From Nemertoderma westbladi (lineage: Eukaryota > Animalia > Xenacoelomorpha): a stretch of 64,000 nt of DNA. The stretch is from the NCBI GenBank assembly GCA_032718475.1, contig JAUCBJ010008889.1, positions 1-64,000 of the forward strand, in the 5' to 3' direction. The notes under the pieces were generated by a model that was given only the letters and a program-made list of their open reading frames with translations, had not been told where the DNA came from and searched no databases. Both the position numbers and the translations under genes were made by a program. The stretch's first letter is position 1, and each line of letters opens with the position of its first letter. Positions 21,672 through 38,719 of this stretch are shown piece after piece.

Positions 21672-23380
21672 AGAGGTGAGGTCTCTATAGGGGTGCCAAC
21701 AACAGGCGGCGGCGGACTCGTGAGAGTCCGGGGGCACGTTAAAATGGGGCGATAAGTGCAAGGGAGATACTGAAGGCCCTCGTGTCTAGCGAACCATGAA
21801 TTGACATGGTGCCGTGGTACCGTCTAGTCGGCCTGTTGCCGTACTGCCAGTCCTGTACACAGTAGGGGTGGTGGCATAGTGTGATCTGTGGTTTGTGTGT
21901 GGACGATCAGTGGCAGTTTGCTTGAGCTTTCTGTTGCTGTGGGTACGTGGTATATGTGAGTGTATGTATGGCCACTGCGAGTGAGTATGGGAACCCTTGC
22001 CGGTTGGTTTAGTCGCCGCTGGTATTAGTAGGACCATATCTTTACTGCGCCCCAGCATACTTTGTGCACACAAAGTTATTTTGCCCTGACGGCAAAATAA
22101 GATACTCTCGACTCTTTTATTAGTCGATACAATTTTGTCCCCTCTGATTTTGTCACCGATTTTGTCTTTCCCGATTATGTCCTCTGTGTGTGCATGGTAT
22201 GTGTCTGATTTTGTGTTTACCTTTTGTGTACTTGATTATCGAACATCTGTTCAGTACACGTGTACAGTGACTGGTAAGTGGTGACTTGTTCAGTAGCTTT
22301 TTAGCTACAGACAGTATTGTCTTTCTAATACTGCCGGCGAGGCGGGTGAAAACGGTCAATATTCCATGTTGGGTAGCGCAAGCCCACTTGGGACAAGACC
22401 GTCGGTTTGGCTCAAGGGCGACCTTGATGCTCGATCGCTATCGACTGGTCCATCCGCCGGTTGACTCTCTGAGTTGGCTCAATGTACAGTCAGGCCACAG
22501 TAAGTTAACAGTAGGCGATCATTGGAGCATGGATCGGCTACATCGACGAGCTGTGCCGGTGTGATCGGGGGATTGAAAATTGAACCCGGGAAGCATCGGG
22601 CTACCCTCCGGCCCAGTCTGATAAAAACGGAGTCGGACTGGCCCCAAGGGTGGTGGGACAGCGTCCGCCTCATGGGTGCGCCTCGGAGTCATCAGAGAGG
22701 AGCCCAGAAGGACGCAAGCGCGCTTATGTTTACTGGAAAGAGACAGAGAACTCTCCGGAAACTATGGGAGACAAGATACTCTTCCCACGACCACCTCCCT
22801 ACTCCAACAAACATCTAGGGACTCCCCAGCTTGGTAGCATATGGAGTGAGCGTGTGACCATATTATTTTATATTCTTATTATTTTATATTTATGTATGTA
22901 TTATTATGTAATTTTATTATAATCGTTTTATTTAATTTTATTTAGTAGCATGTTATTTTAGCGATTATTTAGTAGATTAGTGCAATATATTCGCGTTTAT
23001 TACGTAATTACTTATATTATATATTTAGTGCGACGGCGAGAAACAATTCTTTTTCTCTTTCCTTACTGCCTGTATTACATTACGAATACGTAACTACAGT
23101 AAGATGAAATGTCCGTACTTATTAAAGTACAATAAAGCCACTACTATATTCAAGTATTATTGGTAGGCAGAGTATTAGGAATGCAAAGTTCAGATCCTCG
23201 TGTCTCGGCTAAACCAAGCTCTGGGTAGACCTTGGAAACGACTTGCCTCTTCACACTGACATTGCTTCGTGCGATATTGCTCTCATACCGTATATTAAAT
23301 AATACATATAGTAGCGTGATGTCCCTTTAACAGTAGCGTATAACGCAAAATAAATCTGTTAAACCCTTTGACCATCTGCA

Positions 23381-23690
23381 ATTCTAGTCGATTAAGATAT
23401 CGCGGCACCCACCGATATACTTGAAAGACAAAATTCTAGAATCAGTGGTTAACGTCCCCAGACAAGTTCTGGAATAAACTGGTGCCTATCCTAAATATTA
23501 ATTATTAATATTTACAAAATCTGTCAAATTTTAGATCCTTTAACATTCTAGTCGATTAAGATATCGTAGCACTTACCGATACTCTTAAAAAGACAAAATT
23601 CCTAGAATCAAGGATCCCAGTCCCCAGACACGTTCTGGAATAAAATTACGTCTATTTAACATTAAATAATAAAATTTACGGGAATAAATT
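23381..23690 (+). repeat. ~165-bp diverged tandem duplication in the BEL 3' region
   Basis: ATTCTAGTCGATTAAGATATCG...GTTCTGGAATAAA occurs at 23381 and 23546. Confidence 0.85.
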
Positions 23691-24454
23691 TAAATTCATA
23701 TATTTCAATGAATTTAATAAATTGTCATTTTATACAATTTATAACATTCCCAAAATTCCATTAATTAATAGATCATGGGAGTGGAGATTCACTCTATTAA
23801 GTGTATTTGTGTGCGAGAATCTCCAATATATAGTCAATACCCGATAAAATTCATAAAATCATATATAGAGAGGATATTGACAATTAAAGAATTACTATTA
23901 AATAGCATCCCAGATCTGTATGCATGAGAATTACCCTAATTCTACCGCTAGCTTTCCATAATGTCACCATGGCAACAACCACGCTAGAATTAGAAGTGAG
24001 TTAAAAGAACAATAAAGGGCTTGCGCATTGAATAGCATACGGAATAAATAGCACACCGCTAGTATCCAAGGATACATAATAACAACGTGACATTCTGGAA
24101 GGCACTTGACTAACGGACAAATGACCCGAATGTGTGATAGAATGTGTACCATTTGTGACAGTTACGTGGAATTTGTGCATTTGTAGGTGAATGTTACTAC
24201 TAAGGTGTGTTTACAGTAGCGAGTCGCAATTGTGAAAGTAGCCCTAACTCTCCAGTAAGAACCTGAAGTATATCTAAGCCTTTGGGACGGACGGTGGAGT
24301 GACTTGTGCTGGTTGTTGTAGTCGTTGTGCAGCTACGACGTTGGCGATAGGCACATCGGCGAAAGTACACCAGCGCTGAGGATCTCGCACTGTCCGGGGG
24401 CAGAGAGGGGTAGGCAGCGACGCCCGCTCGCCTAAATATAAACTCATTATAATA

Positions 24455-26050
24455 TGGATGAACTTATATAGCAGATATGATTGAGTTGATAGAAGATGAT
24501 CTTGGTATCAGGGAGCGATATACTCTACCTTTGCAAGCGTTTGTTGATAGCTTGATACGCGGCGACGCTGGTCCAACTACTACGGAGGACGATGGTCGTG
24601 ATATCTAACCGCCAATGTCCCGGGAGCAACTTGCGCGTGGGTTGGACTGTAGAAAATTCACCGCTCGCTATACGCATCGTAATGGTACGTATATGGACTT
24701 CTTAACTACTGGTCATCCTATCGACCTACACGATACGAACGATATAGACACCAAAAGGGAAATGGTTTATTTAAATATCATACCCAGCGGAAGCGGAACG
24801 ATAAACTGAGACTCGAACACGAAAATTATATTCGAAACCGACTCGAAAATGCAGATGTCGAAGAGCCGGATAAACGCAGCGACTCCACCAAATACCTGGA
24901 ATTCTTGAGAGAAACCTATCTCGATATTACCAGTCAACAGAATCTAGAAACTCGATATCCTCAAGGTATACATCATGACCGCATGGTAGAACTCAAACGG
25001 CTCTATTCCACTATGATGTATCTTACCGCCGATCGATCGCTACCTGTTGTACCGGATAGCTTCGAACGGATGGAGGAATATTGTAAGCTGGAGAAAGATC
25101 ACTCGCGTTTCCCCTACAAGACGTGCGTTTTTGGTATTATTGCGATGAATGCCCAAGACCCAACCAACAAACGGAAAGACATAAACATCCGCGGAGACGT
25201 TGCTTTAAACACGGTTTTACTCGCTATATTTACGGGAGTTTCGAACGAAACTTGTTCGATGTATCACCTACGCTCGTTCGACTCAGACGATCCTTAAATA
25301 AACCAATGATCAGAGTTTCGGAATACTCGATCAGACCTCCTCATTCCCTAGTGAGACCTCAGACTCTTGATCCTATTAGTATGACGGATCCTCCCGAGCT
25401 GTACTCACTGCTCAAAGATCTAGTGTTACCTGAACAATTAGTCGGTGGCACCCCGGTTGTGGGCTTCCTAGATATTAGCCCATCCTACCTAGCCGGATTG
25501 GGACGCGGACATTTAATATCGCTGTTTAACCCTTACCATCGTCCCGGCTTAACACGATATAACCTGTCACCAAAGTGGCGGAGAGCGTTGTACCAAATGA
25601 GTTAGACGCCATTCTACAAAGATCAGAAAGGGAACTTACGCTTGTTCAGATAAACGTAAATTGCACTAGCAAGTCCAAGCGGTAAACAAAGTAACTATAT
25701 CTCAGTTCGATCAGGAAATCCAGAATCTCTAAGAAGTTATCAAACTTGGACGATCCTATTCTCTGCGAGAGTTTTTGGATGAACGTATCCAGCTACGAGC
25801 GGAGGAAAATCAGCTCGAGGAGAAGCATATCGAAACGGCAGATACCTCGACCATAATCCTACATCTTCTGATGCAATCATATTGCACCCTTCACCCAGGA
25901 GTTATGGCCCTCCTAGTAAAGTGGCTCCCCCCAAAGATAAAAGGACTCTTGCTAGCCTCAAAAAACTGCGTAAACGCCATCTGCGTAAGAAAGACTAACT
26001 GTTTAGAGTATCTTTATATTTTAGAAACTGTGATTTGTTATATTTTATAG
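24455..26050 (+). pseudogene. Decayed extra ORF (ORF3) of the BEL element, product unknown
   Basis: Co-linear ORF fragments 24615-24809, 24905-25297, ~25300-25605 and 25775-26050 can be joined through stops and frameshifts into ~500 codons ending just before the PPT. Confidence 0.55.
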
Positions 26051-26068
26051 ACTTAAATCCCATTTTCT

Positions 26069-26076
26069 GGGAGCGG
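26069..26076 (+). promoter_or_regulatory. Polypurine tract (GGGAGCGG)
   Basis: Purine-rich run directly before the TG of the 3' LTR. Confidence 0.7.
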
Positions 26077-27219
26077 TGTAAAGGCTTTAGCGTAATTAGC
26101 CGGTTATTTTCCCCGTAAAGTACTCTGTAGTTGGTTTAACCGGCATAAAAGGCCGTGTCCTTACTGTATTGTTGTTTTAGAGGACATAAAAGCCATTTCT
26201 TCTGTATGTGTACTTTAGCGGACATGATTAGCAATTCTATGACGCAATAAGCCGGATCCTCTTGAAACAGTGTAGATACCATGACGACGGCTAACAGCTG
26301 ATATTGCCATGTAGAACATCTCTTTGTTCTTTGTTCTCTCTTTGTTCGGTCGACCAATCAGAGCGTTTTTTGCCTCTGTGTTGGAGATGGTATATAGAAA
26401 CTAGGGAAGTGAGTCAGTATATGATTTCTTCCACAGCCTACAACACCGGCGTGGAACCTCCGTGTTTCAGTCTTTAGCTTAACATTAGTAGGCTTAATTA
26501 TAGAGCGTATATCCGTTATCAAACCATATCAATTCTTATCACACTAACTTACTTAACATTACTGCTTTGCTGTCGGTTATTCATTATATTTGTTGATGAA
26601 ATATTATATTCGGAATACTGATAAACAATCAGACACCCCAATCTTCTTGATATACTAAAGGTTAGAGAGACCGGATACATATAACGATTGCGACTTACAT
26701 TAAGTGGTTTGAAGTGAATCTAATGCTATTTTATAGGCCCTATACGTATTGTCTGTTGTTCTCCTTATATGTGACTAAAATTAGTGAAGGTCGGCAGATT
26801 AGAGTGCAGTATTGTGCAGCATTGTGTATGATTGTGATTGATAACGAAGCATCTCCTAAAGAATGCGCCATATACGTGAATCTATAGCCATCCCGTTGCG
26901 TCTGGTTTAAGCCATAACTCTGTTTATATATTTAGAGCGCCACGTCCTAAAGGAACTGTTAATATTTCCCGAAAGTGAATAATATTGTCAGAGATTTATA
27001 TATCAAGATCAGTCGAATAATACAGTAGGTCTATCCCGCAATACGATTAGGCTTCCGAATCCAGTCTCCCGGGTATATCCAGCGGGTGAATGATCGCGCA
27101 TAGACTGGTTTCGGCTAATGTAGTGTATCAAACATTTGTCGTAGGCTAAAGACTATCTATTATCTAGAAGACATCCTAATTTGGCAGGTTAAACTGCTAA
27201 AGGTCTGAAAGCGCGAACA
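26077..27219 (+). repeat. 3' LTR
   Basis: Copy of 10142-11284; I saw only about three substitutions by eye. Confidence 0.93.
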
Positions 27220-28144
27220 ATAACGGATATAAAGTTCGGATTGCAGGGTAGGCAATAAATACAGTTTAATATTGTTCTGGTAAGAACAATAACGGATATT
27301 GCTTCTGTATTGCAGTAGGCAATAAAGCTGAAGTACCGGCAACCGGTACCCAGTAGGCCTGACTACCTAACCACCCGGACCGGTACCTACAGCAGTACAG
27401 GTACAGCAGTATTATTCGATTTTGATTATTATATACCAGTAGGCCTTAATTTAAAATCAGGGAGGGCCCGCCCTGGTTTTTTATTGAGATTTTACTTATT
27501 TCTGTCAAGTTTTATTTATTTGTAGGCCAATATTGACCAGAAGGCGTGTAAGCCTGCTCAGATTGTACAGATAATTTGTAGCCTTGACTGTTGTCTAACT
27601 GTTGTTAAGTCTGAACGGATTGCAGTGTGTGTAGAGCATCTGTCTGATAAAGTGCTAGTTAGGAATGTAGGGGCTTCAAATGCTGTGAGGTAAACCCCCT
27701 TTGAAAGAATAAGTCGTACTACTAGGTTAGAACGCATACTAACTAATCATTTCGGAGTCTGCATATACTATAGTTTATTTAGGCTTGATAGTAGTCTGCC
27801 ATCGTTTGGTCTGTACTTTGTTTGTGTAGTCTGTACAGGTAGCGTATAATTCTTATTTAGATAATTTGTAGGCTGGATAGTTGTCTGGCTGTTGTTAGGT
27901 CTGAGGAAATTTCGGTGTGTGTAGATATATTATATATCAAGATCAGTCGAATAATACAGTAGGTCTATCCCGCAATACGATTAGGCTTCCGAATCCAGTC
28001 TCCCGGGTATATCCAGCGGGTGAATGATCGCGCATAGACTGGTTTCGGCTAATGTAGTGTATCAAACATTTGTCGTACTATCTATTATCTAGAAGACATC
28101 CTAATTTGGCAGGTTAAACTGCTAAAGGTCTGAAAGCGCGAACA
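27220..28144 (+). repeat. Extra copy of the 5' leader (27220-27925) plus a second U5 end (27930-28144)
   Basis: 27220-27925 equals 11285-11990. 27930-28144 equals 11061-11284 minus 9 bp (AGGCTAAAG) and is followed by the TSD. Confidence 0.92.
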
Positions 28145-29528
28145 ATATCTGCATATATATGCAGACATTATGTAGTAAAATTTAAGTAATTCAAAAAAAT
28201 ATTTTTTGGGATTTTGGGATATATTCGGGCAAAAAATTAACAATTTAAGAAAGTCTTTTTAAGCCTACAATCTTTTTATAATAACTTCAGATACTGTTTT
28301 ATTATTATTATTTATATTTATTTCAACCAAAGCCATAGTAAAGTAAGGTAACATTATGACGTACAGTAAAATATAAATATACAGAAAATAAATGAAGCTT
28401 ATTTACAGTGAAGTAGAAACGGCTTATATAATGCAGAAGTCGAACGACAGGTGAAGCGGAAAGCACAGATAATGTGGAATAGCGCAAAATATCTACACGA
28501 TGATGAATGCTAAAAAGTGAAAAACGATGATGATGCTCCATAGAACATCAATTAAGATTTACAAGCATTTCGCTAGCTACCGCTATTTATCCTGTTCCAC
28601 CATCATATAAGCGAATGAATACCAAAAAAGTTTCTGACTGTTTTCAATTGGTTTTAATTGCTCTTACCTTAGTAAACTGTGTCATTTATTTCGATGAGAG
28701 CCGTCGAATGTCGCCAACTTGGAATATTTTCCCATTAAGAATAGAAATCCTATGGCGGCAGGCAATACTATTGGATGGACGTAATTGGATGGAAGGAGAT
28801 GGTAACAACTACACCAAACCGGTAACAGATCTATGTTAAGGAGTCAACCAATCCGCGTACACGCTTAAATAAAACCCCGTGAGTGCCGTGTGGCCCAGAT
28901 CCTCTAAAGTACATAGCCGAGGTCCTGTTTACCAAACACCAGGGAATGAGAGAACGAGGCCTCGCATGTCTGTTAGGGGGTGTAAGGCGGCGACTTCAAT
29001 TGGCGCTCCTCTGGTCCAGCTCGCTCTGTCTCCGCAGTGGCCGTCGTTCATGGCGTGGGCTATGGCTCGGGATCCGCGGCTACGACATTAAGGGGAAGGT
29101 AGATGAGTGCTGGCTGGAGGGATTATGGCGTTCATAACTGCTATTTCGGTTTTTGTACTTCGGTAGTCATTCGGTTTTACGAACTGATCCAATAATTTTA
29201 TTATACAAAAGTGACTCCAATTATAGTAGGCCTTACTAACTAAAACTATTAATTTACTTAATTATTCTAAAATTATGAACATGTAAATTCTGTTTGGTTT
29301 ATAATGAATTATAGATTTCATTAATATACCATTATAAGTTATAATAAAACCCCGTCAGCTACAATGTTGGAAATTACTTTGCTTTCAGTTTTAGAGCGCA
29401 AAGTAATTTACATAAATTCTACACAAATATTCAACAATTTATAACCAATTAATCCATTGTATGTATTCAGAAAACCAATGAATCAAAATAAATCATTAAT
29501 TAATTATTAATAAAGCATTAATTGTTAA

Positions 29529-31105
29529 CCCTATTAAACCCGGGGGGTGGGGGGTCAATATGACCCCCCCCCCCCCAGTAGTTTTTTTATTATAATTCTG
29601 AAACAAACGCAGTTGGGAATCTGAAATTTTATGACTGTTCCTAAAAATCTATTGTCTTCCTAGTAGTGAAAACTGTTTTCAAAAATATTGGGTAGTTTTC
29701 GAGTTATAGCACCATTTTTTAACCCTACTTTTGGCACTTTTTTGAGACGTTTTTTGAAAATTACATTTCATTAAATATGAATTGTAACATCTCTATTTTT
29801 TATTTACACCGGTTTTTTGGTGTTAGCAATTGGATGGAATTCATATAAATTGATTTAGAAATTTCAAACTTGTTTTTTTCGGTGGGTGCCAAATTTTGGT
29901 GCCAGCACCAAATTTTGAAATATGTCAATTTTGTAAATTGATTGTTTGAAACTTGCTTTTTACGCAATTGGGGTTTTTTGGGGTTCTGGTTTCGATGAAA
30001 TATATACGAGTTGCACCAAGCGTATCAAACTTGTATTTTTCGGTGCTGTGTGCAAATTTTGGTGCTAGCACGAAATTTTTAAAATCCATTCAATAGATAA
30101 AATTGCTTGTGACAAATTATTTCTTGCGTTTTAGCGGTTTATGGCTGTTCTGAATTCAATGGAATATGTGCAAAATGTGGTGCTAGCACCAAAGTTTGAA
30201 AACCATCAAATATATCAATTGATTGTGTCACCTTGATTCTTGCGTTATACGGGTTTGTGAAGATTCTGAATTCAATGGAATCAGTAAAAAATTGCATAAG
30301 ATATTTTCATAGTATATGTAGTCTATGTTTCCATATTTTCATATATTTTCAAAGATATTTTCAAACTTGTATTTTTCGCCGGAGGGTGAAAATTGTTGTG
30401 CCAGCACCAAATTTTGGAAAATAAGCAAATTGATCAATAGATAGTATCATCTTGTTTCTTGCGTTATACGGGTTTATGAGGGTCCTGAATACGATGGAAT
30501 CAATAAAAACAGCACTGGACATCGCAAAGTTGTACTTTTTGGTGATGGGTACGAAATTTGGTGCTAGCACCAAAACTTGCCAAATTACGCCGAAAAATAC
30601 AAGTAGCAATGATCTGGCATATTAGAAATGTGTTCCATTAGAATCAACGCCCTAGAAAACCTGAAAATGTGAATTGATACAGTAGCATCGTATAAGTGAA
30701 TTAAAAAGTTTGTTTTCTAACTGAAAAGTGCTGGTTACTTGTTTTTTTCATTTTTTCCTACGCAGAGAGGACTAAACAGCCATTTATAGTAATCATATCA
30801 TTTTCCAATGTATTTTGCGCCCCAGAAAATCTGTATTGAAAAACAATTAGCCGAAAAATGTAACTTTCAAATTTTGTGAAAATTGTGCACTGTTACTTGT
30901 AATTTTGGTGCTGCAATATAACCACCACAGTAGATTTTTTCAAAATTTTTTTTTTCGGTCGGATCCAGACTAGTGATACCTACGTACAAACAATAAATCA
31001 GACGTTTTCGTTAAAATTTGTAGATTTTAGAGGGGGGGGGGGGGGGGGGGGTCAATATGACCCCTCGGTATTTGTACAACATTTTATAGGCCGTTACTAA
31101 TAGGG
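29529..31105. mobile_element. Non-autonomous piggyBac-like element
   Basis: TTAA|CCCTATTA...TAATAGGG|TTAA. GGGGTCAATATGACCCC subterminal palindromes occur at both ends, and there are internal diverged repeats with TTTGGTGCTAGCACCAAA palindromes. Confidence 0.85.
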
Positions 31106-33494
31106 TTAATCTATAAATAAATTCCTGCTCTGTTCATTTTTGCTATAGTATCTGTGACCAAAATATGCAATCTGTATAGTATTTATTTATAGCGAACCTG
31201 CCTGTATACGAGGTCCTAGAATATAGTGTCGTTATTCTGGTAGCTGCCCCGCCCACAAATATGTCTACAAATCTCAATGAGATTGCATAAAATTTGAAAT
31301 AGAGATAGTTTCACTCAACCTCCTTAATGGGTGAGTCAGAAATTATTTTTATTTTTGCTCTTAATTTTTTTTAGCTACAAGCTTTCCAATAGCGTCAGAA
31401 GCCGCAGCAATTATTTTACGATTGTGTTACGACCTTTATCTGTTATTTTCAGACCTATTTTGATACTATTGTGTATTTTTCGGATTATTTTTCGAGGCTA
31501 TACTTTGGATCCTAACGGACCCAAAGCACCCCTCACCCGGTTTCTCGTTTTCCCACTTCCCAGAGGGTTTTCTATGGTGTTACGTACAGTTCGCTATTTT
31601 TATACAAAGGAAGACATTAATAACATCTGAAAAATAGAAATCACTGTGTGTGTTTTTGTACTATCTGGAAAGGGGTGTGGACGTCCATAAAGTACAAGTC
31701 GTTTTAGGACCGTGTTTTAGGCGAACTAGTTCAAATCAGTCATCGCGAGCGAGAAACGAAGTGTGTTAGCACTTGGAAATATTTTGAGATACTTTTAAAA
31801 GCCGTTTAGGAGCTCGCAAAAGTGCCTACCTTTCGTTTTATTGTTTGGGTTTTTTTTCGGCCAAGTGCAGGTCCTGCCAGAGAGGCCTATACTACCATTG
31901 TTCTTGCCCCAATTATTTTCACACAAATTGAAATAATTTTAATAGGCTCGTGGTAGCACTCATGATCATGGGTAGCGGTTGCTGAAATGGTTATTTAAAT
32001 AGCAATTGCAAACACTTGGTCACACAGTCCGAGAGTAATTTCGTAGGTTCTATATTACCGTTGTCTACGAATCTGTATATGAAGAAAGAGACTGACACAT
32101 CTACCGACGGAAAAAGTATTCAGGGAGTAGCGTTGGTGGGAGGAACTCGCCCAGGGATGGGGGGGGGAGGGACCATAGACCAGATCGGCAGATGAGATGC
32201 CCAAGTCGTCCTTGGGGGCGGTCCGAATTCCGAGAATATAATTTCTACTTCTTCGTTTTTTATTGCAGCATACAAATTATGTTGAGCGCGGATGGTGAAT
32301 GTTGCTGTCGCCATGTGGCACATGATAGAAGCTCACAGGACAAAATGGAGAAACATTTATAGGTTTATGCAGAAAACATTTTTATGAAACTGTAGGGCCT
32401 ACAGTAGGAATGGAGCCGTTTGAAAATTAGCCACATGGCAAAATAAATCATCTGGAAGGCAATGGTGCGTACCCCCCCCCCCCCCCCCCCCCCCCCCAAC
32501 CCATTCTACACAGTGTGACACTACACTAGTCCATAACATTGTAACTAATAATCGAGTAGACGCTTGGTACATTTTACTGACGAACCGTTCTCTAGCGTAT
32601 GACTGCAATTATATGGATGAAGCTTTCCGTTACGTTCCAAGTCCTTTTCAGGCTCGTAATAGCTCCGTACACTACAAACGCTTGACCTCTGTCGGTCAAG
32701 CGAGGAAGTATGGTTTTCCGTTGCGTTCCTAGTCCTTTTCAGGCTCGTAATAACTTCATAGATCACAAACCCCGCTCCGTCAGTGTCAGTCCTTTGCAGA
32801 GCGCTATGCCGATTGTTTCCGAGTCCTTTTCAGGCTCGTACTACGCACAGTAAAAGAATGTAAAGGAATAAGTTGTCCCTTCGCACTAGGCTAGGCTGTC
32901 AGGAACTCTACCTGAAGCCAGGTACATGATTTCTTGGACTTCAGGGCTCCTTTTAACTTTTAAAAGCCGACAATTTCATGGTCAGCCTTCCTGAAAAACA
33001 GCCCGGGATCGAATAATTTTGGGTTTCATAACTTCTAGTTTTTTGCCCACCGGGTATATTTGGAATTTTCATTTGGGATTAATGTATAAATTTGGTGGAT
33101 ACCCGGTGCCAAATTGAAATAACGCGAACACTCCCCCCAAATTACCCTTTGCAGCATCATTTTTTGGAGATGAGGGGGGGGGGGGGGGGGGGGGGCATTT
33201 CCCATAATTTTATTACTATGAGTTTTATTTATTTTTATTATTTAGTCCTAGAGTTTGTTTTTATATGTAATCCTAAATATACTGTATAATGTTCTATGGG
33301 AGTTTTATTTGGAATGTTTCTCTCTAGGTCTTCCTCTTCTTTGCTGCCCATCTTCCCTCAACGAGTGCCGTCGCCGGTAGAGGCTCGTCAGAAACTGTGG
33401 TAGCCATCATTGCTTGTCTCCTAGTCTCATGTTTTGTGGGAGGTAGTTGGATCTGATCAACACGTCTATCAAGCTCTCCTTGCTGGGCGATAAG

Positions 33495-33970
33495 GAACCA
33501 TTGTAATCTATCTATAAAGATATTGAAGAAGCACGGCAAGCATATACTACCCTGGATAACACCATTAGTACAATGAAATACCTCGGAGTAGACACCATTC
33601 CAACGCACAAACATATTAATATTGCGATACCAGTATAGGATCACCCTAACGATATATAATTTAGCAAGTTTTAACAAGTAAGCATTTAAACAGCTTACCA
33701 TGGTCTACGCTATCGAAGGTCTTGGAGGCGTCCAAATAGCATATGTAAACACTAGATCCCCGAACCAGGAAATAATTAATTATTTTCTTAATTGCGTAAA
33801 TAGCCATTTCCGTACCCATATCCTTTTTAAATCAAAATTGATGACTACCAGTGTCCAGAAAAACCCGTATTCTTTGTAAAAGAATTACTTTAAATAGTTT
33901 ACTAAGTATAGACGTCAACGAAATGGGTCTATAATTAGCAGAATCAGTAAGCTTACCAGTTTTACTCTTG
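33495..33970 (-). pseudogene. LINE RT fragment (CR1/L2/RTEX group)
   Basis: NYRPISLTSILSKLF, YMCYLDASKTFDSVDH and NGVIQGSICLPCFFNIFID in shifted frames. Confidence 0.8.
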
Positions 33971-34266
33971 TGACGGGATCCCCGAGTTGGCGAGGGAATC
34001 CCGACTGGGTTTTGTCTTGGTTTAATACGTGTCGCCGCGTCCGCTTGTTGTGGCTGAATGACTGAAGGCCGAAGGCCGGTTATAATAAAAGAGTTTGGTG
34101 TTAATGTTGTTAATCTCTGATAAGTATACAAGTACCGGTAGTATAGCACAATCAGTAACATAATGACAGCAGACAATGACGATGGTTGAAAACCACCCGA
34201 CTTCTGCTCATCCAATATACCAACTAAAGCACAATTGACAGAGTAATGGTTATATATTACACGTTC

Positions 34267-37222
<2,956 letters not shown>

Positions 37223-38719
37223 ATGGGACACATTAACTACCCAGGTTTGGCCAACCAGTGGATGGCCGTAATTGGACACATGCTGTCCCTCCATTGGTTG
37301 ATCTATCCCCTTGGCCAAACCTACCTTCCTTTTTCCTATGCTAGCTTCTACCCTGAGATGAGCTGTGCGCTGGCATCTCTCCCTGTGGCTGGTAATGTAT
37401 ATTGCCTTTGTTGGTTGTTAGGTGACATTATATTTGTAATGTCACCTAACCAACTATAATTGGTAAAAAGCCACATTCCCCAATTTCCGCTGGGTAGTGC
37501 AGCGAATTGGATCTGCTCACACCACCCCCCCCCCCATGCTATCTTCCTGGTGAGAAGATAGCATCAACCTAAAGTGCACTCCAATTCCGCTGGAATCCAA
37601 TCTAGTATTGGATGTGGGGTGGTATATTTTTCTTGGGACCAGTATTCCAGACTGGTCCCCATGGGTTTGTTCTCACTACCCATCCTTGGTACATCTGCGA
37701 GCTAAGCTGTACCAAGTCATCTGGCGTCTCTGTTTAGACGATCGCACCTTTTCCTCACTCAATAGTCCCATAGGACTCATCCTCCCCTCCATAGCCTCGT
37801 TTAACTTTGCCACTAGGCGGCACAAGTGCCGCCCAGTTGAATCAATTTGCCGCCCAGTCACAGCCAGAGTGCCTTCCTAATATATTATATCTGGACTAGC
37901 CTCAGCCAGCGACCAATCTAATATGTATCAATCCCAGTAAAGTACCTACATAAACTTCTAAAGGAATAAGTGATTGACAGCACAGAGACTTCAATGGGTG
38001 ATAGCCATAGTACAGTAGTAGTAGTGGAGGGATGAGTCAGTGTCCAACCCAATGCGACCTTTACTAATGTTAGTAAAGGTCGCCTTTGGTCCAATCATTG
38101 TGTAGATGTCTATAGATTCCTGATAGTCTTACTGCAGTTAATTGGTGCCTCAGATGGATATTGGATAGTTCCAACTTCCAAGGCTGCTTGCTATCACCAT
38201 ACTTACCTGTCTGGCACCTTTAGCCCCCTACCCCTGTTAAGAGTAGTCAGTTTTCAGTATATGTTACAATTAGTATTCAGGAGATATTTAGAAGTTTATT
38301 AGTCATTATAAACTACCCCGAGACGGCAGGGCTTACATTGCATCATTGCTTTATTATGTAATAAATTGGTTTTGAAAATTAAGTGTGTAACTACTTAATT
38401 AGGGTTCGTCTATGTACATTTATTAATAATTTGATATAATTATAATAATACTATTATTATTTTACTAATAATAATTTATTAAGTTTTAATAATGATTTTT
38501 ATGATACTGTATATTTATTTATTTATTTATGATACTGATATTATTTTTCTTATAAATTTAATTATATTATTTTTAATAAGTATATTTATGCCCATGTGAA
38601 GAATACCAGACTTTCTGCCGTTATATTTCACTTTGCAGTTACCCCCATGTGAAGAATATCAGGTTTTCACAAAAAAAAACACAGGTTACAGACGGGTTGA
38701 ATCTAACCAAAACAATAAA

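Larger units (their letters stand above)
10142..28144 (+). mobile_element. BEL/Pao LTR retrotransposon, 18.0 kb, recent insertion
   Basis: TG...CA termini, 5-bp TSD ATATC (10137-10141, 28145-28149) and near-identical LTRs. Gag has three zinc knuckles; pol domain order is PR-RT-RH-IN. Confidence 0.97.
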
